Below, piece after piece: positions 1 through 13,806 of a DNA stretch of 42,979 nucleotides. The stretch is from Paramecium tetraurelia (taxonomy: Eukaryota), in assembly GCA_000165425.1 (NCBI GenBank), contig CT868374.1, positions 434,001-476,979 of the forward strand, given 5' to 3'. The number at the start of each line of letters is the position of its first letter. Positions within the stretch are counted from its first letter, which is position 1. The notes under the pieces are model-generated. The model was not told where the DNA came from. It was given only the letters and a program-made list of their open reading frames with translations, and made no database searches. A program made the position numbers and the translations under genes.

Positions 1-102
1 AAAAGAAGATATTTTTTGCACATTAATAAGTTTATAATGATTAATATAATACGATATGACAATATTTAACTAAATTATATTTAATAAATTATTGATTTTC
101 AA

Positions 103-2277
103 TCAAATTAATTAATTATACATGTTTGTTGGTTTCCAATTAGTTTTATTGATTTATTAATAAGTAGTTTTCATATTATTTTCTCTTTTAACCTCTCTTT
201 TAACCTCTCTTTTAACCTCTCTTTTAACTTCTCTTTTATCTTCATATTCTGAAAATTCAATTTAAGTGAAATTATTAGTTTGAACAAATGGATTAAACGT
301 AATTTTTCTAGATTTTTTTTTTTTATAATTTTTGTATTCTTTCTTATAATCATATGTATCTGATTCTCTATATTCCTCATTACTTGTGTGACCTTCCGTA
401 TTATCTCTACTATCCATAGAATTATCTGTTTAATTACTAGATTAGCTCTATTCTGAATTGTCACTATAGCTCGAATCATTAATATCTTCCTGAGTTCTAT
501 TATCCCTTTTTTATTTATTATCTCCGTTATTCCATCTTTTATTATTATATTGATAATCCTTATTCTTATTTTCTCTATTATCTATATTATCCCTTCTATA
601 ATTTCTATCATCCCTGTTATCCCTTCTATTATCTCCATGATCCCTGTTGTAGTCTCTATTATTTCTGTTATCTCTATTATCCCTATTTTAGTTTCTATTA
701 CCTCTAGTAGTAATCTCCTCCCTGTGATCCCATCTCTTATCTCTATTATTCTTATTAGATCTTTAATTGTCTTTATTATTCCTGTTATCCCTATTATCCC
801 TTCTACTGTCTCTATTGTCTTTATTATCCCTATATTCTCTATTATCCCTTTTATCTCTATTTTCCCTACTGTTGTCTCTAATATCTCTGTTATCTCTTTT
901 ATTGCCTCTATTATCCCGATTATCCATGTTATCCTAATTATCATTGTCATCGTCGCTTCTCAAACGATTCCAATCATTCCTATTATCTTAATGGTCGCTA
1001 CTCAAACAACTCCAATTCTAAATACCTCTTTCATCTTAATTCTAAATATTGTCCTAATTATCGCTATTATCGCCACTCAAACGACCCCAATCATTCCTGT
1101 CATCCTAGTTATCCCTGTCATCCTTTTTATCCTTATTATCCCAATACAATTTACTTCTGTCATCCTTTTTATATATATTTTTCTCATATTTCTATTTCAT
1201 TGTCTCACTTTCAAGTGAACCAGAATTGACAAAATCTTCTTATACAAACTAACTTAAGTTTTAAATAATTCCAGAAGTTTTCTCTGCTACAAAAGTTTAA
1301 ACATTTTATTAGATTTAATTATCTTGAGAGTTGATAGTCTCCTTTTTTTCTGGGGGTTAACCATCCATGGGTAATTTGTTTTATAAATTACAAACAGGAT
1401 TCTTATTAAAATCTGGCAGTTGTATTTCTTCAAAGCCATCTTCATCAGGTCGATTATAATTATTAAAGTTCTGAGAATACTTATGATATTCATTATTTAC
1501 AAATTCTTTATTATTGAAGAAACCCTTATTATGCTACTGAATTTACAAAAATTATAGATTATTCTGACCATCTCTTTATTATTGAATGTATAATGGTATC
1601 TAAAGATTTATTTCCTATCCATAAATATCTTTATTTTATAATACAAATTCCTTTATTTAATTTCTAAAAACATCGACAATGCTATATCTTCCATCACATT
1701 CTATCCTATCAACTAAATTATCATCTTGATAATAGCCCTAATCTGAATAATTTTCTTGTTTTTACGGGTTTTATTCAATTTCATAGAAAGCCTGATAGAG
1801 TTCACTTAATGAAAAATTTTAATATTAAGTTCTCTAATCGAATACACAGGTTTAACATCCTGAATTAGTAATCTCTTCTTTTGTTGGATAGAAAGTAAGT
1901 TTTATTATGATTGATGAAACTTTCTTTCGAATATACAAGTCAACAAGTCCTTCTTCAAGCGGTTCATAATGATAATATTTCTCAATAGTTTTGATGCTAA
2001 TAATCTAAAATTTAGCTTAAGACATTTTATACTTCGTAAAGTTTTGGATATTTGTAATTGAGAATTTTAGATATCAATAAAGCATTTTCACTTTTTTTAT
2101 GATAAGCAAATAAATATATGGAAGTAAATTCTAAATTTATTTTGATTTGATACTTTGTATTTCTAGCAAGTACACAGCTTAATCAATTAAATTACTTAGT
2201 TCTTTTAGTTCATGTAAGACGTTTTAGGCGAAGGGGATTTTAAAACTGTTTTTGTGATATTTTGACTTTGTTGCCAT
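103..2277 (-). CDS. Alba/Rpp25-like domain protein with a long charged low-complexity (RDN-repeat) C-terminus
   Basis: Ciliate-code translation from ATG 2277 with two short introns (one at 2005-2032). Contains YEPLEEGLVDLYIRKKVSSIIIKLTF..SGCQ, resembling the eukaryotic Alba motif EPLEEGL...VS.I.I.L...GYQ. Open through the RDN and KREV repeats to TGA at 103-105. Confidence 0.7.
181..237 (-). repeat. 12-bp coding tandem repeat (KREV x~4.5)
   Basis: AAAAGAGAGGTT repeated on the minus strand. Confidence 0.85.
500..1140 (-). repeat. Degenerate 9-bp coding repeat (Arg-Asp-Asn)n
   Basis: AGGGATAAT/AGAGATAAT units on the minus strand (attatccct/attatctct on +). Confidence 0.8.
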
Positions 2278-2498
2278 TAAGTGATTAAAATTATAATGAA
2301 AAATTATTAGATTTAGAATTCTAAAAAGAAGGATATTCATTGTTTATTTATATCATCATTATTATTTTCAAGTTCGCCCTCTTCTTAAATTGTACTTTAA
2401 GTTAGATTCACTGTTTGAGATGAAGTGATGAATTAAATTGCTATAAATTTATTTTTTTAGAGTTATTAAGTTGATAAATTATAATATAATTTATTTTT

Positions 2499-3811
<1,313 letters not shown>

Positions 3812-3902
3812 TTAAATATCATTTTTTTAAAAGCATTTATTTTTTGTACTATAGTTAGTTAATTTAATCAAATATTGTTATATATATTTATTAGAAATTG
3901 TA

Positions 3903-4322
3903 ATGATAGATTAGTAAACAATAACACTTGATTAAATATATGGATGCCATTTCAAAAAGGTGCCATTTCTCTATGGGGAAATGGAAGGAACAAATCCTGT
4001 CCCAATTAATGAATTGGATGAAGATTTGGATTCTGATAAATAATAACAAAACTAACATAAAATAATCTCCCCACTCTAATTAAAGAGCTAATTAAAGCCT
4101 CTGATTTAAACTAGAAAAAGAAGGCAAACTGTTCATAAGTCACCTGCAAATAAATCTCAATTTGAAAACCATATTGGGTTTCGCAATTCATTTTATAAAA
4201 GCAATAATAAAGTGAATCTGGCATCAAGATAGCGGGTTGAGGAATTGAAGAATTAAGAGATTTTGATGTTTACAAAATATGTGCAAAGATTCTAATTGTA
4301 AAAGCAAGCACTTTGGAATTGA
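3903..4322 (+). CDS. Hypothetical protein (139 aa)
   Basis: Uninterrupted ciliate-code ORF MIDQQTITLDQIYG...QALWN*. Confidence 0.6.
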
Positions 4323-4539
4323 CTTGATTAAGCTGATTTATAGTTTGAAAAGACATCTAATTTTTGTAATTTAATAATTATTATTTATCATAAAATTATA
4401 GATAACAGCCCAAATTTATAAATTGAATTCTCTCTATTATACTGCTAATATTTATCCTGCATTTTATTTTGATAAATAATTAGAATTATATAATGATGAA
4501 TTATTGAAGAATCTTATAAAATAATATATAAAAATAATC

Positions 4540-4995
4540 ATGGATTAAGAAATATTTATCAAATAGCCATTGGATGACGACAAAATAGATCAATCTGATT
4601 AGTAAGGAGATGTTTAAATTTTTATAGATAATCTTAATTAATGCAAAATGAAGAATCACTAGAACATTTGGTCAACTCACTCATTCAAAATTAATAGCCA
4701 GATGCGGATGATTAATTTAAGTAATAAATTGGAAAGCGCAGAATTAACGACTAAAGGTATTTTATCAACAATATCAAATAATGCCATCAGATTTACATTC
4801 CAAGAGGATAAGCGTATCTTGGAATTAGTTTAATAGGTTGGTCCCAATTTTAACAAAATAGTCAAATAGTTTCCAGGCAAAACAATGAATATGATAAAAA
4901 ATAGGTATTATAAAAAGCTGCGATACATTAAAGAAGATCCTCAAAATGATCAAGAATAAGTGAAAAAGCATTCTAAATCGAAAAAAGCCAATTGA
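4540..4995 (+). CDS. Small Myb/SANT-domain protein
   Basis: FTFQEDKRILELVQQVGPNFNKIVKQFPGKTMNMIKNRYYKKLR; N-terminal intron positions uncertain. Confidence 0.75.
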
Positions 4996-5131
4996 TTTTT
5001 TGATTTATTTATAGACTAACTATGCCACTTTTGTTTTGTTTTGTAAAGGCCATGCTTTTAATAATATTTTATTCATATACAATGTTTTATTATTTTTATT
5101 AATTAAATATTTATATTAACAATTTACTTCT

Positions 5132-5473
5132 ATGTAATCATAAAAGAGAGGATAACAACATAAACAAGGATATCAAGCGGATTTAAATAAATATTTTGGA
5201 AAGAGATTAAAAATTAAGTTGAATGCAAAACGAACAATTATTGGTACAGTAATTGGGTAAAATCAATTCTTATTAAAATTAGATTTGACATTTTCATGAA
5301 TTTAGTACTTGATCATTGCAAAGAATTGATTCCAGGACAAGGAGCAGAAAATAAAGATAATCTGTATCCAGGCTCTTTCAAATGTCACAGATCAACTAGT
5401 TGATATTGGTTAAGCAATTGTGAGAGGTAATTCAATAATCATGTGGGAATGTTTGGATAAGGTTAAAGACTGA
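5132..5473 (+). CDS. SmG: snRNP Sm protein G-like, with an apparent +1 frameshift between Sm1 and Sm2 motifs
   Basis: Sm1 DLNKYFGKRLKIKLNAKRTIIGTVIGFDIFMNLVLD (26-nt intron). Sm2 DIGQAIVRGNSIIMWECLD lies in a different frame; the Sm1 frame stops at TGA 5401-5403. Confidence 0.75.
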
Positions 5474-5968
5474 CTGAGTATATAAACAATACAATGAATA
5501 TGAATTAATCGATTGAATAATTTAATCATCTCTATGATTGTGGCCAAAGGATTTATAAAAAATTAAAATATTTCCAATCTTTCATTCTTCAAAAATTATT
5601 ATTTCTGTTCTATTAGAAACACAGTTATTAAAATGCAGAAAGTACTGAGATAAATTAAGCAGGATATTGATGAACAAATTATTCTGTTTTTACAAACCCT
5701 TATTTATGATTATAAGTATTAATTTGAAATATATCTTAATAAAATATTTTGGTTTGATGTATCAATCAGTTTTCTCATTCCTAATTAAACAATTCAAGAA
5801 AATAATAAATTAAATTAGAAATGATTTTTGTAATAATTAAGAATACCTTTTATTTCTATATTTTGATACACTCTATATTTTCTTTGTTGAGCTTGTTGAT
5901 ATGTATAGACAATGATATAGATCACTTTGAAATTTAATGCCCAAGAGTAATTATATATTTTATTTTAG

Positions 5969-7000
5969 ATGAGTAATTCAATAAAAGAATTCATTGCAGG
6001 GATATTCAAACCATTTTTACCTGAAGTTATTGAATTTTTAGTTGGGAAAATATTAATGCAAGATTTACGAATAGTGAATGCTCTTATATTTTCAGGAATT
6101 TTAGAAGTGGTCTTAGCACTATTAGGAGCATTGTAATATAGCATTTAATTTAAGTTACTATATTATGGTTGAAACACCAAAGTCTATCTAAAAGAGTTTG
6201 AGATTAATAGCAAAGTTGTTTTTCTTTATAGGAATAATATTATGGATAGCCGTCTATTGTAGTGGAATTGGATTAAGGAAATTACTTGAGATAGTGCACA
6301 TAGTTTATTAAAATCCATAGAACGTAGAGAATTATACAAATGATTTCTCAAACTTTATACAAATGAGACAGGAAGAAATTATGGAGTATTATTTCTGATT
6401 GCATAATCATATTCTAAATTATATTACAAGCACAGTTAAATAAAGATATAAGGCTTCAAACCTTTTTAATATTGTTGTTATTGTTTCTCAATGAAATATG
6501 ATAAGTCTATAATCTTAGATTAAATTACTTATTAAAATACCATTAAATAAACATTAAGAATGAAATAATTATAAAAGTAATTAGATGATTTTTAATTTCT
6601 AAAGAATGCCTATAAGGTTGTTTTTTTGGTATTGAATCTTTTCTATTAATAATATAATTCTAAATATGTCTTTATAATAAAATAAGTTTTATTTATGAGA
6701 GGCTTCTATATTCAATAGTTATAAATTTTTGCACATAAAGATAGATGTTTGATATATTTTAAATAGTAGTTATATTTGCTAAATAAATCTTTAAAGAACA
6801 AAAAAATATCCAAATTATTTTCTTAATATTTGAGTGAGCTTTTCATGAATATATTAATTATCTATCTCATAAATAAGATATTGAATTAATTGCAATGATA
6901 TTTATATGGTAAAAACGATCTAAGTCGAAGATGCCTAGATAGTATAGTAATTTTATAATTTTTAAAAGCAATGCGATTGTTAGCAAACAAAACGATTTGC
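5969..7000 (+). pseudogene. Highly decayed membrane-protein gene, possibly a mitochondrial carrier remnant
   Basis: Fragments MSNSIKEFIAG, LLGALQYSIQF, RELYK*F...ETGRNYGVLF loosely resemble SLC25 repeats. Multiple TGA stops and frameshifts; boundaries approximate. Confidence 0.3.
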
Positions 7001-7155
7001 TTTAGAAAAATTGTAATTCCTTATATTCTATATAGAATCTAATTTATTGAGATATTTACGATATCAAATATTTAGAATTGTAAGTATAATTTACAATAAC
7101 ATGTATTTAGAAGCATAAGTTTAATTTTATATAATTTACATATATATGAATTAAT

Positions 7156-7557
7156 TCAATTTTGCCTAATTTATGTATACTTGGTGTTTTGATATTATTT
7201 GCCCTCTCCTTCTAGATTAAATACGTTGCTTAAATTGATGCTTTCATTAACATCACCAGGGTTATAATTGTCATTATTATCATTTTTTTTTTCAGGCTCC
7301 TCTTCAATTACAAAAAATTCCTTCTTTGTCATAGATGTATCCATTCTGTTTTACAATTTTTCATCATCCTAAATTTACTCAGATTTAGGAATGTCTTTGA
7401 AATTTTTGGAATTATTTTAATATTTAGGTTACTATTTCTGACTTCTCCTACATAATCTATATACTATAATCATTATTATTAAAATTCCAAAGATTACTCC
7501 AAAAATGAGAATCCATTCAGTTGTAGAATCAAGTTCAACAAGTAATCTTGAAACCAT
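7156..7557 (-). CDS. Small single-pass membrane protein (133 aa)
   Basis: MVSRLLVELDSTTEWILIFGVIFGILIIMIIVYRLCRRS: TM segment followed by basic residues; open to TGA 7156-7158. Confidence 0.65.
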
Positions 7558-9247
7558 GTTACTATGAGTTTTTAATTTAAATAAACAATAAATATAAATC
7601 TATAATGACTAACAATGTCATAATTTTTACAATTATCTCCATTTGCTAGCTTATCCTATCCAAAATCTTTTTCCAATCGTCCTTTTATTATTTTTCAGCC
7701 AATATTTACTAAAATTCGATTTCTGTAATTTTAACAATATTTTTATGAATAATTTATTAATCTAATAACAATTCAATTGCTATTAGTGAAGCATAACTAC
7801 AAATTATGGAAAATATCATACTGATTATCCTCAGCAGCCTTCTTTTTTAAATCATCAAAACTATCACCAATAATTTTGATAATTTTATTAGTTAAGTTTT
7901 CCTCTAATTTATTTCTTTCAACATCATTGATCTCTGTATCAAATTGAGTTGAATCTTTCATAAGACTCTCCTTGCAATTTGCAAAAAAGATCTTATAATA
8001 TTCTTATTCATTTTTTGTATAATTCAATATATTCCATTTTGTCCCTTTAATCAACATATCCTCGCCAGAATCACATGTTTCTTCAATCAATTAAACCAAG
8101 AGGTAGCTATAAGCCACCACAAGTCTTGATAATTAGAAAACGCATTCCTCAATGGATTAATCTGACCTAAAAATTCTTTTTAATTGATCTAATTTTTGAT
8201 ATAATTCTAAATTCACAAAATGACGAAAGGCAATATCCGATTTCATTTATTATAAAAAGACCAATTATTTACACAATTAATCTCCTGTCATCTTTTAAGA
8301 TTATTTTTACATCCAACTAAGATTTTAATCATTGTACAATTTCTGTAAGGTTGGATTATTAGAAACCAAGCCTTTTTCCATACTTTCAAACATTTGAAAT
8401 ACTTAATCCCATTAAATCCTTTCAGATTCTTCCACTATTAAGGCTTTGGTTAGGAATTCTCTAGTAAATTCTGTAATGCCATTATGCTTAAAGACTAGAG
8501 GCTTCATTAAAATGTTTTTTAAAAGATCTTGTTCATCTCTTCCTTTCCAAGGTACATCATGAAATACCATTTCATAAAAGATGACTCCTATAGACCAGAT
8601 GTCACATTTTGTAGAATAGGTTTTCCTCTATAGAATTTAAGGAGCCATATATAAAGGAGATCCAACACAAGATCTAAGTAATTAAGATGTATAATTATCA
8701 ACGTATTTCGCAAATCCAAAATCTGAAAATTCATCGAAATAAATTGATACCTGCTATTTTGACAATACCCTCATGGTTAAGGATATTGGCAGGTTTTAAA
8801 TCCCTGTGAATCACTCCTTACTTAACTAGTTCTTTGAATCCATTTATTATTTATAACATAATTCCTTGAGTCTATTGAAATAGTGGATAAATATTGTGAT
8901 ACTTCTTATTCAGATATTCTTTTTTTTTAGATGAACTCTTTTAAATCCCCGTCTTTGCATAGCTCGGTTATTATATATAAGGATCTTTGGGTCGTAATGA
9001 GATCAATAAATCGAACGATATTAGGATGATTGAATTTCTTGAGTATCTCGATTTCACTGACAATTTAATTCCTTAAATAAGTATCTCTTTCAAAAAGTGC
9101 TAAATCCATTTTCTTGATAGCAACAATTTCATTGGTTTTGATATCTTATCCTTAAAACACTTTGCCATAAGCTCCTTCTCCCAAGCAGTGTCTCTCATTG
9201 TACTAGTATTAACCGATCTATTTAACACTCCTATTCAATTGACTCAT
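7535..9247 (-). CDS. Ser/Thr kinase, ULK/Atg1-like ciliate expansion type; 3' end uncertain
   Basis: LGEGAYGKVF, VAIK, HRDLKPANIL, DFGFAK, SCVGSPLYMAPQIL, KCDIWSIGVIFYEM; short introns; stop assignment ambiguous (see findings). Confidence 0.75.
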
Positions 9248-9523
9248 TAAAGGATATATTAAGTATATTATAATATATAATTATATTATGCATATATTAA
9301 ATTATATTAACATTTCATGTTTGTACGTGGAAAATACTTAATTTAATTTATTACATTTAAATGTAAATTTTCCATATAATTATGATTATCTATATCAGTT
9401 TTCATAAAATAATACGCATAATTTGATTATAGAGTGACATCTGAGTTTATTTATGACGGATTACTTTTAATTTATAATCGAGAATTGAAAGTAAAGATAA
9501 GCATAAATATTTTTTAAAATATT

Positions 9524-10626
9524 ATGAACAATATCGATTAATTCTTCATTAACCATATATAATAGTTTGTTCCATCTTGGAGTCATCTCTAAAGTGATGA
9601 TTTGAGAATTACTAAGACAATAGGAATAACAAATAAGACTTATATTATTGAAGCAGATGCTACTCCAAACAAAATAATCTTTCGTCATTTTGGTGAGGTT
9701 GGAGTTGGATTATTTTTGAACAGAGAATAAGAATTGCACATAGCAAAACAAGTAGCTAAATGTAAAATGGGTCCTCATTTTTATGGTCACACTTAACATG
9801 TAACAACTAATTTAATAATAAAAGGTTCGTTTGGAAGAATACATAGAGAATGAGGTCATGAGTCAGGAGTCAATGAAGGATCCTGAAACTTACACCCAAG
9901 TGGCATAGACCTTGTGCAAGTTTCATCAGATAGACGTGTCTAATCAAATGAATGACAGAACCCCTTTGTTTGAAAAAAACTTGGAAGAAAATTCAGATTT
10001 CTTATAGTAAGTAAGAGAGAAAGTTTGTTCCAATTTATTCTCTGAAGACGAGAAGTCTATTCTATCTAACATGGCTCATTGGTTCTCGGAGGAGGAAGTT
10101 AAATTTTTGCAATCAATATTACCAAAAGATGACATTGTATTTTCCCACAACGATCTATTAGCAAATAACATCCTATTGATCCCACCTGTAATATTACATT
10201 CTTATCATCAATTAGAACTTCGATAAGGTAATGTTCATCGATTTTGAGTATTCCTCCTATAACTTCAGAGGATTTGACATAGCCAACTATTTCAATGAAT
10301 CACAATTTAGTTATCTAAACCCAAATCCACCTTACTTTTATATAGAGGAAGGGATGATTGATGAGGAGATCTTGAAGGACTTTGTTAAAGTCTACATTGA
10401 GAAGTCAGGATTGGATTTAGACTATCAAAATTTACTACACCAAGTATATATTGGGTAGTTATTCTCACATTTCTTTTGGGCGTAATGAATTAATTTTATA
10501 ATTTGTAGAGCATGGGGAATCATCATGGCTAAATCAAATGATATTGTTTTTGATTATCTCTCTTTTGTCGAAGTTAGATATCACAAATATTACTAACTAA
10601 AGAAGCATCTTTTTGGAAAATAATGA
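9524..10626 (+). CDS. Choline/ethanolamine kinase
   Basis: Brenner-like motif SHNDLLANNIL and choline kinase motif FIDFEYSSYNFRGFDIANYF; three short introns. Confidence 0.9.
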
Positions 10627-10823
10627 TCAAAATATTAATAAATGTTATTAGAATATATAAAGTTAATGGTCTATTTAAACTTGTTCAATTATTACAATTG
10701 TTCAATTTTCCATAAATTTAATACTCAAAATTTACAAAGAACAAAATTAACGAATCACTTCAGATTAGATGGTCTAAACCATCGTAAACTATGAAACTGA
10801 CATTTTATATCATTAAATTAAAT

Positions 10824-12748
10824 ATGAGTAAAATTAAAGTGTTGAGTGTCATAGGCAATCCTGACTTAATACATTTCAGAACTCTTCAGAAGACTGAAAG
10901 AAAAAAGACATATGAGATTTAAGAAATGCATGAGGTATAGACTTTCTTGAATATACTATCAGTCAGAATATGATCACGAAATGAAAATTCTCAAACGAGA
11001 TGCCTCCCTGAGAATCTAACTAAAAAGATTGCAACCATTATCTAACCAAGAGCCCTTTACAATTGATGATTCTTTTACCTCCAAAACTGTTAAAAGGTGG
11101 ACATAATTTATAGTAACTTAGGCCATTGTTGTTAATTCAAAATGGTACTCCTATGGTGCATTCTAATAGACGTACCAAATTTACTCAAAGTTTAATTAAC
11201 TAAGCCTATGAATCCTAGCTATCTTTTTTTAATTCAAGAAAGAACAGTATATACTATGATATTTATATAGCCTACGTATAAATGATACTATCAATTGATG
11301 AATAACTCTATCCAATAATAATTGAATTGTATACAGAATATGCCCCCAAAGCATGCGAAAACTTTGTAAAGTTTTGCGAAGGTGTCACGATAGATGGAGA
11401 TTATTATACATATAAAAATACTAAGTTTTAGAAATTTAAACCAAATGGTATTTACAATTATAACTTAAGGATTCTTATAAGGTGGATAATTTGCAAAGAA
11501 AGTGTCTATATATGGAGATTACTTTGAAGATGAATCCTATGCCCTATAACATGATTGTGAAGGTATCATAGGATAAGTAAATGATGGATTTCAACATACA
11601 AATCACTCCTAATTTTACATTACACTATCCTCAATGAGTTACTTTAACTTTAAAAGAGTTGCATTTGGGAAAGTCATAAGAGGAATGAAATAGTTTTCAA
11701 AAATTTTAAAAAAAGATTAAATTTCTCCCAACATAATCATCCAGGAATGTGGACGATATGATCAATAAGCGTAAATACGAATGAAGTTAGAGAAATTTTC
11801 TGAAGATTTTGCAAGTGTGTTACCTTAAAATGCTGAATCATTCAATAAGTTTATTGATGCTGAACAGGATAAACACAGTGAAGCTTAAGGAGATTTTACC
11901 AAATTAATGAAGTTTTTGGTTGAATAAATGAAATAGATTTCGAAATTTGCATATTCGTTAACTGCAATAAAGAAAGCAATATTATAATTGAATGAATAAT
12001 TTCAAAACAATCAATTATGTTTGATGTTATACATATTAGACAATCAATAAGTCTTATTAGCTGATAACTAATAGGGAAAATATCTTGTAGTATTTAGGGC
12101 AATAGAGGGTACTGATTCATTTAGAGCATCGGCATTTATTGTATTTAAGAAATAAACAACGATGTTCAAAAATGTGAATTTGAATGATCTGAAATAGAGT
12201 GGAGAACAAGTGGTGGGAATATGTTATTGTGTTTATGGAACAACAACTCAATTGGTCTTTGGAACTGGTTATAATTTGAGTATGTTCACACTTTAGAACA
12301 GTGAATTCAAATTATAATAAAAAGAGTATGTAGATGATTTGATAATGATAGACTATAAATCCCCAAAACTGAAACATTTTATTGTTCAGATATCAACGAT
12401 GATTTTATATAATAAAAAATCATTTCTAGTTTACCCACTAATAACATGAGGTACACAAATAGTATCTTTACAACTTTACATCGTGTAGTAAGACTTGGAG
12501 GTCTGGCTATGTATAAGGATGTGACCATTTTCGAGGCAATGATTTGTGCATTCACTTTAGCAAGATCATGGGGTTGGTCATTTTGTGCAGGAACAAGTAT
12601 ATAATCTATCGCTAATTAGCTACATTCAATTAAATAAAGGTCAAAAATGTTAACCAATTAACTTATCTTTATTTAGGTTAATAGAAATGGGTCTAGAAAA
12701 TAGAGAATCATTTTTTATCAATAGTGTGAGTAATTAAATAATTTGTGA
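10824..12748 (+). CDS. Cyclophilin-like (PPIL6/RSP12-like, probably inactive) domain fused to a degenerate fructose-1,6-bisphosphatase class I-like domain
   Basis: Cyclophilin: IIIELYTEYAPKACENFVKFC, SIYGDYFEDESY, TNHSQFYITL, VAFGKVIRG. Then in frame with no TGA: SFNKFIDAEQDKHSEAQGDFTKL, GKYLVVFRAIEGT, QSGEQVVGICYCVYGTTTQLV, MRYTNSIFTTLHRVVRLGG. Confidence 0.75.
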
Positions 12749-12781
12749 AGAATGTGTAATTATAATAATTTAGTAAATGAA

Positions 12782-13738
12782 TCATATTAAAACAAATTCG
12801 AGATCCCTGCAACATAAAGCTAGTCCCTCTTTATTTTTGAACTTGTTGGGATTTGATTCTGAACTCCAAATATTCGTGTTATTCCAAACACCCCATCCCA
12901 TATTTTTAGCTATATTGATCCCAAAGGAATAGAGTTCTACGGTAGTGCACAGATGATAACTAAAAGGGCATTATTTTGCCTATTCAAATTAGCAATTTTC
13001 ACAATGTAATAACACCCAATCTCCATTTAATTAAAACAGTTACGATGATGCCAGGATCTCCCATTCCTCTATCTTTCTGTTAAATAGTTTCAATGTATCT
13101 AGGTTGAATGAGGGCAATTCATTTTCTAAACCGATTTTCAGTTTTTTAAAACTAATGGCTTTTCCTGATTGCAATTTTGCACATTCAATTCCATTCACAA
13201 ATAATTTAATTGATTTATCTGATAACACCAAGAACAATTGATACCATAATTAAGGTTACAACCTCATATTGGAAGCAACAATTTATGAATTTTCTTTAAT
13301 GGCAAATGTGGGAATGGTGGTATCAACGACAATGGAAACTGAATTTTAATGATCTTCTATTTCATCGAAAAGAGCCAGGATGTTTCCTACCTCTTTTATT
13401 TTTCTTCCAATTTCTTCAAACATTATCTAAAAACTGACAGTCCATTATGAACCTTCAAATGAGGGAACAAATTAGACTTCAAATTCAGAATCCTTTTTGA
13501 AATATACTCCAGTTCCCATCATTGAAGATGATCTCGATAGTTCGTTGATGTTAGTAATGTGATTGTGAGGACCTGAATCTACCAATTTATCTAGATCAAA
13601 ATTCCAGAAGCCAAAATATGGCTAATACTTTTCCCTTATTTTCATTCCAGGAGCACACAAGGTTTGGACATTTAGACCACAATCATATTCTTCAAGTGAA
13701 TATATTGTCAATATGAATAAGTTTATAAATATAAACAT
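12782..13738 (-). CDS. Secreted concanavalin A/LamG-like domain protein with a Cys-rich C-terminal module
   Basis: Signal-like MFIFINLFILTIYS; FWNFDLDKLVDSGPHNH; KLFVNG; C-terminal CENC...CPFSYHLCT..ELYS...MGW...GLALCC; intronless, 318 aa. Confidence 0.7.
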
Positions 13739-13806
13739 TTCTGATGATTTTATTATTTAACATTTGAACTGAGTTGAATTTTGTAATTAAGTTTAAAATA
13801 AAAAAA

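Noticed and set aside
500..1140. CRISPR-like or non-coding repeat array
   Set aside because: Units are 9-bp, in-frame, coding, with no unique spacers; eukaryotic context.
550..1218. 222-aa Ile-rich 'membrane protein' ORF on + (and ORFs 171-479, 582-950 on -)
   Set aside because: Antisense or off-frame shadows of the RDN-repeat coding region of the minus-strand gene.
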